A stretch of DNA of 64,000 bases from NCBI RefSeq assembly GCF_006345805.1, contig NC_043006.1, positions 39,804,001 to 39,868,000 of the forward strand, in the 5' to 3' direction. The first letter of the stretch is position 1. Each line of letters starts with the position of its first letter. Origin of the DNA: Octopus sinensis. Taxonomy: Eukaryota. Positions 54,256 through 64,000 of the stretch are shown piece by piece. Position numbers and translations under genes: made by a program. Below the pieces are notes generated by a model that saw nothing but the letters and a program-made list of their open reading frames with translations, made no database searches and had not been told where the DNA came from.

Positions 54256-54807
54256 TTAATAAATTAAAATCGGTCTATAGTTATGAATATTTTCCAAAGT
54301 AATATTTCTAAACGATTATACTCTTAGAGTTCCATGAAATGTCATTTAATGTCAGACATGACACACGGTTCATATCCATGGATGCTTCTGTGTGCGTGTG
54401 TGTATGAAAGAGAGAGAAATAGGAGGGATGTGTGTGGGGGGAAAGAAAGAGAAATATAGGGAGTGTGTGTGTGTGTGTAGGAGAGAGAGATAGGGAAGGT
54501 GTGTGTGTGTCTGTTTGTGTCTGTCTTTGTCTGTCTGTTTGTGCGAGAGAGAGAAAGTGTGTGTGTGTGAGAGAGAAAGAGAGAGAGTGTGTGTGTGTGC
54601 GAGAGCGAGAGAGAGAAAGAGTGTGTGTATGCGTGTGCGAGAGAGATAGAGGCTGTGTGTGTGTGTGTGTGTGTGTGTCTGCGTGTTTGCCTGTGAGTGT
54701 GAGAGAGGGAAAGTGTGTGTGTGTGTGTGTGAATGTATACACATTCTTTGTTTTCACTTGTTTCAGTCATTTGACTGCGGCGATGCTGGAGCACCGCCTT
54801 TTTCAGG

Positions 54808-55020
54808 AGGGGACACTCCTGATGCACTGAGCGCTCGATCCTGAATGACTTCGAAAGAAAACAATTCACTTTTATGACAGACGCGATGTCGCTGTACAAC
54901 GCAGCAACCCAACCGTGGAAGGTCGGGCCCTATCGACCGATGGTCGACCCTATCAAATGCCTTAGACTGGTCTAAATGTACCAGTGCCCCCTCTGCGCTA
55001 GAAAGCTTCCTCACCCTCTC
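54808..55020 (-). pseudogene. L1/Tx1-like reverse transcriptase fragment
   Basis: ALVHLDQSKAFDRVDHR, then (other frame) [31 protein letters not shown], corresponding to LDxEKAFDRV and GVRQGCPL. Confidence 0.8.
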
Positions 55021-55060
55021 TAAGGAGTAGCGTATATATTCGTTCGAAATTTAATCCTAG

Positions 55061-55470
55061 AAAACGGGAAGCCTATAATTTTTTACTCTTTTTTCTCTCA
55101 ACGAGGACAACAGTTCAAATCCCAACCCCGCTGGCGGAGGGGGGGGGACGTAACAACAAAGCTTACGGTCGAAATTAAATTTTTCACACAATAATAAAAA
55201 TACGGTATCCCCCAAAACGGGAAACCTATAATATAATTTTTTTTCTTCTTTTCCTCATAACGAGGAGAACAGTTCAAATCTCACCCCTGCTAGTAGCGGA
55301 GTGCCACAATAAAGCCTACAACGGCTAAAATTAAATTTTTTACACAATAATATATTGATTATCCCCAAAAACGGAAAACCTATAATATTTTTTTCCTCTT
55401 ACTGAGGATAACAGTTTAAATTCCACCCTCGCAGGGGCGGGGGCGACACAATAAAGCCTACAACGGCTTT
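55061..55470 (+). repeat. About 153-bp tandem repeat, about 2.7 copies
   Basis: AAAACGG(G)AA.CCTATAAT...GAGGA.AACAGTT.AAAT unit starts at about 55061, 55214 and 55368. Confidence 0.85.
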
Positions 55471-55988
55471 GACAAGTTCAATATTTCAACAATTCACAAC
55501 TGCAAAAATGGCTTTACACAAACAATTACTCACGTCACCGGGAAAAAGCACAAAAAGTTTTAACGTTTAACAGTTCAACAATTTTCAACAGTTCGAAAAT
55601 GTTCAACAATAAACAGTCAAGAATTCCAACAGAAAAATAATTCAAGGTTCAACAAAACGTTCGACTCACTGCCAAAAAACACATCTAATCACGATACAGG
55701 TAAGCAAGCTACTTACCACACAGCTACTCCTATATACATGTATACAAACGCGCAAAGTATATGTATCCATGAATGCATGTATGCATGCATGTGTGTATGT
55801 ATGCATGTATATATGTATGTATGCATGTACATGAACAGATTTGTATGTATGTATGAATGTATGTATTATGTATGCATGTATGTATGTTTGTATGTATGTA
55901 TGCATGTTTGTATGCATGTATGTATGTATGTGTGTGTATGTGAATATATTATGCATGCATGCATGTATGTATGTACATGTGTACGTAC

Positions 55989-56019
<31 letters not shown>

Positions 56020-56393
56020 TGTATGTATGTATGTATGTATGTATGTATGTATGTTTGAATGTATGTATATGTATATGCATTCATATATGCATATATACAT
56101 GTATGTATGAATGCGTGCACAACAATATGTAAATCAACATGAATATGCATGCTTTTATGTAATTTCAAATTTATTTTAATTTTCTCCAATATAAAGTCGA
56201 ATTAATCAAATACTTCTGTATTGTTTGGCATAATTAATTTTTAACATATTCCCTGCCATTATTTACACAAACTGTGTTTACACAAACCGCTATTCTTAAC
56301 TTCCACAAATATTTTTCACCTGATTTTTAATGGCATTTTGGCTTCTATTGGTACCTGTAAACCACAAGTTATTTGCACAATCAAACCGAATAA

Positions 56394-56461
<68 letters not shown>

Positions 56462-56484
56462 TGTTGTTGTTGTTGTTGTTGTTG

Positions 56485-56515
<31 letters not shown>

Positions 56516-56919
56516 GAAGCAATAATCAAGGTGTTTTATTTTCGAAGTTAATGACCGTTTATTATAGTATATTTTTTTTAATTGACGACCAACATAATAC
56601 CAGCATGAGGCGTCTAAATGAGATTATTTCTATCACATATATTAAAGTTACAAACCGTTAAAAATAAAAATTTGAAGTTGTACCGCTACTTTATAATGTC
56701 GCTCTATATAAATAAATAAGCAAACTCCATTTTGACTTTGATGTTTATTCTTCCTGGCAAGTAGCAGACAAATGGTAAGGTTCGCTATAATGGCCTGCAT
56801 CTGCATCACTAAACGGTATGCACTTACAAGAACATGAGCCAGGTCTGAAAGCTTTAGTAAATAGAAAGGAATACAAATACACACACACACACACACACGC
56901 CATACACATCTCTCTCTCT

Positions 56920-56984
<65 letters not shown>

Positions 56985-57542
56985 CTATAATATGTACAAA
57001 ATATATATACATATATATTATATATGTTTATATATGTATACATATGTATATATATATAAATAAATGCATTTATACATTCATATATATATATACACACATA
57101 TATATATATATATACACATATAAATATGTCATACATATATATACATATATATATAATGTTTATATATGTATACATATGTATATATATATATAAATAAATG
57201 CATTTATACATTCATATATATATACACACCTATATATATATATACACATATAAAGATGTACATACATATATATACATATATATATATGTTTATATATGTA
57301 TACATATATATATGTATATATATATATATATATATAAATAAATACATTTATACATTCATACACACACACACATATATATATACATATACATATATATATG
57401 CATATAATTATATATATACATATAAATATATACATATATATGAATATATACATATACATATATACATATATGTATGAAAACACACACATAGATGTATGTG
57501 TGTGTGTGTCTCTGCGTGTATGTGTATGTATGTGTATATATG

Positions 57543-57581
<39 letters not shown>

Positions 57582-57632
57582 AAATCAAATTGCGATAAAA
57601 TAAAAATAATTATAATCGCTGGTATTACTAAC

Positions 57633-57663
<31 letters not shown>

Positions 57664-58136
57664 CACAACACATAGGTACGCACGCACAAACACGTATTTT
57701 AACACCAAGCTGAAAATCACATCAATAGTGACCATTTGCTTCCCATTTTAAATGATTTTTAAATAATCGGATTTAATAAATGAAAAAAAAAAGATCATAT
57801 TTATACTTTATTTTTTACGGAATAAATTATAAAAAAAAAGCAATAAAACTTTTTGATCTTGTTCAAACATTATATAAGGCCATCAGTCATTTATGATGAC
57901 AAAAATAAGGAACGTATTCATCGTGTTGACTAAATAAATTTTTTATTAACGTCCAATCGCCTTATAAAATATTATTCCAAATACATCAAAGCATTTTATA
58001 TAGTTAACGTGTTATGCGACGGTTATTTATTTATTTTTCTTTATTTGCTGTAATCATTATCATCATCATCATCATCATCATCATTGTTGTTGTTGTTGTC
58101 GTTTTCTTCTTCTTCTTCTTCTTCTTCTTCTTCTAA

Positions 58137-58167
<31 letters not shown>

Positions 58168-58474
58168 GGTAATTCATTTTCATTTAAACGCTTAATTTGT
58201 TTCATTTATACCATTGATTACTCGGAAAAATCGCTAAAATCTGAAAACAATTGATGCTGTCCTTTCAATCTCAGATTAAAACGAAAATTATAACGATATT
58301 TTACTCTAACATACTGTATTGAGTTCTTCATACACCTTTATTATTTACGTTGTCTTGTGGTATGTATCATCTTAATATGTGTGTGTATGTGTGTGTGTGC
58401 TTGTGCGAGTGTGTGTGTGAGTGTGCGTGTGTATATAAATAAATAAATAAATAAATATGTAGAGAGAGAGTGGC

Positions 58475-58530
<56 letters not shown>

Positions 58531-58817
58531 GAATTTAGAAACTTCGTGAATGTGAAATGTTTCTTACATTTCCAGGAATGGGGAATCTCGAAGCAAATAA
58601 ACCTATAAATATTAGCGTGTAAATATTGAGTTAAAAATATATTTTGGATAAAATAAATATCGAAAGTTGCAGTGGTATATATTTTCTGTAAGCATGGCAG
58701 ACGTTCTACCATCAGACCAAATTGTTTTATGCCTGTTTTAGAAACTTTATTCTTACTAGCAAGAATTGTTTGTAGTTGACGCCATAAGAAGTTAGTAAGT
58801 TTAAAAATGTAATGAAT

Positions 58818-58870
<53 letters not shown>

Positions 58871-59337
58871 TGAGTGTGTGTGTGTGTTTGTGTGTGTGTG
58901 TGTTTGTGTGTGTGTGTGAGAGTGTGTGTGTGTGTGTGATTTTTCTGTTGAGGTTTTTTATGTGTTGTATTTTAGAATAATCGCAGCAGAGTTTGTTGTG
59001 ATGATTCTAAAATACAACACAACTTAAAGGTATATATTTTTTCTATCCCTCTGAAGAGATTTTGCCTAATATAATGATTTTAATAATTGTTATTTAATCT
59101 TTCAGGCTTAATTGAAACAGCTGTAAGACACTATGTTTGATTTTTGCAGATAATAAATTTTTATTAAATGCTATATTTCCATCGTCTTACTTTCTTTTGA
59201 GTGATTATAAACCATGATTTATATATAAACCTATTGTTTTATGAATATTATTATTCACAACAAATATTAGGTAACGAACCAGTAATTCATTGGATGACAC
59301 CCTCCCTTAATGAGGTTAATTTAACCTCTAATTGAAT

Positions 59338-59368
<31 letters not shown>

Positions 59369-59914
59369 CATATATACTCGTACATACATGGACGTACACA
59401 TACGTGCAAAGATACATATATACAAACATACATACATATATGCATGCATACATACGTACGCACGTACGTACATACATACATAATACATACATACATATAT
59501 ACATACATACATTCAAACATATATGCCTACATACATACATACATACATACATACATACATACATACATACACATACATACATACATACATGCATACATAT
59601 ATTCATACATACATACCAATCTCGTGAAATCAGGTTTCTCAAATCCAGAAAGGAAAAAACTGATTCGAAGTCAACAGACCCAATCCATCACTGGAACTGT
59701 AAAAATCTGTAAAACTTTCCGGAAGTTTATCATTTACGTATATATGAGCATGTCTAGACATGCAACTATATGCATGCGAATGTTTACATAAGATAAAATA
59801 TAAAAATCTGCTCGTAAACATACATACTAAATTACTCTGTAGTTTATGTTGAAATTCCAATGAAGGAGCCTTAGATCTAGGTTAGAAACCGGCCCTTTTT
59901 CTGCTGGCCGGAAA

Positions 59915-60312
59915 TATTTATATATAAAAGTAAGGTTGTGTGTCTGTCTCCTACGATTTAGATTCCTAATTACTCCCACATTTTGCGGCGCAGTTTAACC
60001 AAAACCGGGTATCTTCTAGTCGTGATTCATATCGAGCCATTCTGGGTATTAGCGCTCGTCTACGATGAGTCTACGATTTAAAAATAAATTTACCATCATT
60101 TTTTTCCATTTTAATGCATTTTTTCGCTATTATATAAGGGATGTAACGCTCTAAAAATGTCTACGATGAGTCAACGATTTTTTAAAAAAAATTACCATAA
60201 TTTTTTTCCATTTTTAATGCATTTTTTGCTATTTTTTGGCTATAACTCTCTAAAAATGCTTATATAGTTATTTCCCTTACAAACTCGAGCAACGCCGGGC
60301 GATACTGCTAGT
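59915..60312 (-). mobile_element. Helitron/Helentron-like element related to 31297-31678
   Basis: Minus-strand start ACTAGCAGTATCGCCCGGCGTTGCTCGAGTTTGTAAGGGAAATAACTATATAAGCATTTTTAGAGAGTTATAGCC. Ends CTTTTATATATAAAT. Confidence 0.6.
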
Positions 60313-60810
60313 CTTGAAATAAAACCGAATAAGGACATACATACATACATACAACATACATACATACAAAAATATCTTGTTGATGTTGAAATTCTAATGA
60401 AAGAGCTTTGGATCTAAGTTAGAAACCGGTTCTTTCCCTATTGGCAAGAAATCTTGAAATATAACTGAATAATGACATACATACATATATACATACGTAC
60501 GTACATAGAGGTGAGTATGTGTACGGTTTTGTGTTAAAACTATGACGATATTGACAGATTATAAATTTCTTCACAATAAAAGATATAGCTTCATAATAGC
60601 AATACAGCTAACATATATGATATCAATGAAGCTAAAATATATGTAAATTCACACACAAAAAAAAAAAGATTGTACAGCTAAAATTAATTATATTAAAGTT
60701 ATTTCTAATCTTATAAACTGATGAAAAATATGATATGCATACGTGTAGATATATATATGGAGGTGTCTGTGCACAGGTGTGTGTGTGTTTGTGTGTATGT
60801 GTTTGTGTTT

Positions 60811-60871
<61 letters not shown>

Positions 60872-61017
60872 GAATATATGTCGTCTACGTGTATGTATGC
60901 ATATATTTAAATAATTCAATGCAGATACTTACATACACACAAACAGTCTCTCTCTTTCTCTTTTTCTCACCCGCTACTCTCTTTTTCTTCCGCCTCTCTA
61001 TGTCTTTCTTTCTCTAT

Positions 61018-61083
<66 letters not shown>

Positions 61084-61184
61084 CACTTACACATATATGC
61101 ATATATAATCATCCATTTATCCAAAAACATCTAACATACATGCATATATATTTGCCCACACAAATTTTTATAGATACATACATC

Positions 61185-61220
<36 letters not shown>

Positions 61221-61221
61221 T

Positions 61222-61256
<35 letters not shown>

Positions 61257-61309
61257 GTAGGTAGGTAGGTAGGTAGGTAGGTAGGTAGATAGATAGATAG
61301 ATAGATAGA

Positions 61310-61363
<54 letters not shown>

Positions 61364-61426
61364 CTAGTGTTTCCCCATGTGCGTCATCAATACGTCATAC
61401 AATATATATGTGAATATATATATATA

Positions 61427-61485
<59 letters not shown>

Positions 61486-61488
61486 ATA

Positions 61489-61520
<32 letters not shown>

Positions 61521-62329
61521 GTATGCATGCTTTTGTATATGTGTAGTTATGTATGCCTAGATTAATACATATCTACATAGCTATATATTTGCGTGTGTGT
61601 TTGTATACATACATACATGCATACATACATATGTATATATAGATATATGCACACATACAAGGAGAGAGATAGAGAGAGAGAGAGAGAGAAGAGAGACGTA
61701 AGATGGTGGAGCGATGTGAAGGAGGAGGGAAAGTGGTGAGGTAGAATAGGCATGGACAAGGCCAGGCTAGTTATTACTAAGCGCACTTGTGACAGCCATA
61801 GCAAATATCCTTGCCACGCATCAACGACGTGACGAACATGATGTGATTTCCTCAGTTCAAATTAAAATTGAAACGCCAAATCTTATTACTCTAGAAAACC
61901 TGACAAGGCTTTGTGGGAAGGGCGATAATGAGAAGTGTGACATGTAGTGAATGCGACCCACATCCGGTTTTTAGACAGCTTCCTGAATTGACCTAAGATG
62001 CATCGCTTTTATTATATTATATATTTTATTTTATTATATTATATTATATATTTTATTTTATTTTATTGTATATTATATTATATTATAATTTCTTGTATTG
62101 TATTATGTAGATCGTGATTAGTGTAGATGTGTCAGCATTTGTGGTTGTGATAGTATTGGCTGATGTTGGTGGTAGCGAGTGTTATGGAGGTGGAGCTAGT
62201 TGTTGGTAGTAGAGGTTGTAGTTTACGTGGTAATTGCGATGGTGGTTTCGAGCGTAGTGGTGGCGTTAGTGTTCGCCGTTTTGAGGATGTTTATTAATGT
62301 AGTATTGGAGGCAGAGACTGCATTGCACC

Positions 62330-62879
62330 TTATAATGGTGGTGGTGGTCGTGGTGGTGGTGATGGTGGTGGTGATGGTGGTGGTTGTGGCGATGTTGAAT
62401 TGTAAAAGACTATGATGGTATTGGTCGTTATGATGATGATGATGCTGCTGCTGCTACTGATGATAATGATGATGATGATGATGATGAGGAGGAGGAGGAG
62501 GAGGAGGAGGAGGAGGAAGAGGAGAACGACGGCGACGATATTGATGACGATGATGATGATGATGATGGGTGTAATTTTTTTGTTTAATGGTAGGAGTGAT
62601 AGTGAGGTTGCCGAAGGGTGGGGTTGGCTGGATTTCAGATGGTGATGGTAGTGTTGGTGGCGGTGGTAGTAGCGGTGGTGGCAACGGTTTAAGTGGTGGG
62701 TGGTAGTGGTGGTGTTGGTGATTGGTAGCGATTCTAATTGCCTTGTCGGTGAGTGTTACAAACGGTGATGACGAATCTGAGCGTGGTTTTACTGTGGTAG
62801 TAGAGGTAGTAGCTAGTAATGATACATGTTATAGTCGCTGTATTTTGTGATGCTTGTAGCGGCAGCAGCAGAAGTAGTG

Positions 62880-62921
<42 letters not shown>

Positions 62922-62927
62922 ACACCG

Positions 62928-62984
<57 letters not shown>

Positions 62985-62985
62985 A

Positions 62986-63021
<36 letters not shown>

Positions 63022-63043
63022 TAGTAGTAGTAACAGCAGTAGC

Positions 63044-63080
<37 letters not shown>

Positions 63081-63146
63081 CTCGCAGCAGTAGCAGCATC
63101 ACTAGTAGTAGTAGTAGTAGTAGCAGCAACAGCAGCAGAAGCAGCT

Positions 63147-63191
<45 letters not shown>

Positions 63192-63235
63192 ATAGTAGTA
63201 GTCGTAGCAGTAGCAGCAGCACTAGTAGTAGTAGT

Positions 63236-63300
<65 letters not shown>
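62330..63300. repeat. Large compound trinucleotide region (GGT, GAT, GAG, AGT, AGC)
   Basis: Degenerate triplet arrays; source of poly-T, -S, -L, -V and -P ORFs. Confidence 0.9.
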
Positions 63301-63304
<4 letters not shown>

Positions 63305-63904
63305 TGTGGTGCGAACGCATTTTGAAATATGTGGCTGAATAATCGTATTTGAATGGCTGTGGTGGTTTTGTTTGCTGATGTTAGTAGAGCATGTAACCTC
63401 TTTTATCACAGATACATTCATCACTCATCCAGGATAACACGCCATGCTCAACTGTGAACCATGTTACGTTTATCACGGATTAACCTGTAATAACACGGTC
63501 AGCCATCGGTCGAAGATTCTGTTTGTACTGCAAAAAACGCACGCCAACGACCACCCACAATGCTCGGCTACCCAGAGTGCTCTGATTATCGCTTGTATTT
63601 ACAAGATTGTGCAGCAAGGCAGCGTATATTTTTTATGCCGATTTACGTACCTTTACCCATCAACATGGGACCATTGAAGAAAAAAATATGAAGTAGCTTG
63701 ATCCAAACAAACGACACAGACGATCAAAAAAATACGCGATGGTGGAAGCTTTGCTACTGTCGACTGCGAGTTTGTTGTCAATGAATCTATCATTCATTTG
63801 ATTTACAAAGTGCGTGGACATGACTCATTCGTCGGTGATTCAGTTATCACGTTATGACTAAGAAGATAGATGTAGCTTTTATTGAAGTGGCACAGGGGTT
63901 GTCT

Positions 63905-64000
63905 TCAGTGTTGATGATGGTCAATGGTGAACGTGCTGGCTACTGAAGATACAAGGAATGTAGAGTTGACAGAAGCCGGTGACAGAGGTTGCTGTTGTAT
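63905..64000 (-). CDS. Possible C-terminal end of a coding exon entering from the window edge (IQQQPLSPASVNSTFLVSSVASTFTIDHHQH*)
   Basis: 31 open codons in non-repetitive sequence, TGA at 63907-63905, AATAAA at 63883-63878. No homology recognised, and the frame is short enough to be chance. Confidence 0.2.
   Translation of the reverse strand: MQQQPLSPASVNSTFLVSSVASTFTIDHHQH

Noticed and set aside
62813-63424. 203-aa Thr/Ala-rich ORF
   Set aside because: It is mostly (ACT/GCT)n, has an in-frame TGA immediately upstream, and the same frame has several stops between 63430 and 63900.

Overview
AT-rich, microsatellite-saturated animal genomic DNA, most likely octopus (inferred from three tRNA-derived SINE families resembling the octopus OK/OR1/OR2 set and the extreme (AT)n/(ATAC)n/(ATAG)n load). 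No intact host protein-coding gene can be supported. Almost all ORFs in the supplied track are microsatellite translations, and the rest are decayed transposon fragments. These are an L1/Tx1-like LINE (ORF1 remnant plus APE endonuclease and linker, split by a SINE), three CR1/L2-like RT fragments, a second L1/Tx1 RT fragment, an RTE-like fragment, two R4/Dong-like ends embedded in (TAA)n, a mariner remnant with an internal 21-bp minisatellite, a hAT remnant, Helitron/Helentron-like non-autonomous elements and a Merlin-like MITE with an 8-bp TSD carrying (TTAGGG)n. There is a 100-N gap at 42506-42605. The most interesting signals are: minimal hammerhead-ribozyme-like motifs with non-canonical cores; a covarying 3' stem-loop shared by CR1-like LINEs and one SINE family; a roughly 470-bp inverted duplication showing empty and filled SINE sites; a fixed SINE-in-SINE junction; and a minisatellite born from a transposase codon block. 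I did not find convincing evidence of a wholly new gene system. Coordinates were counted by hand, and the ends of decayed elements are approximate.
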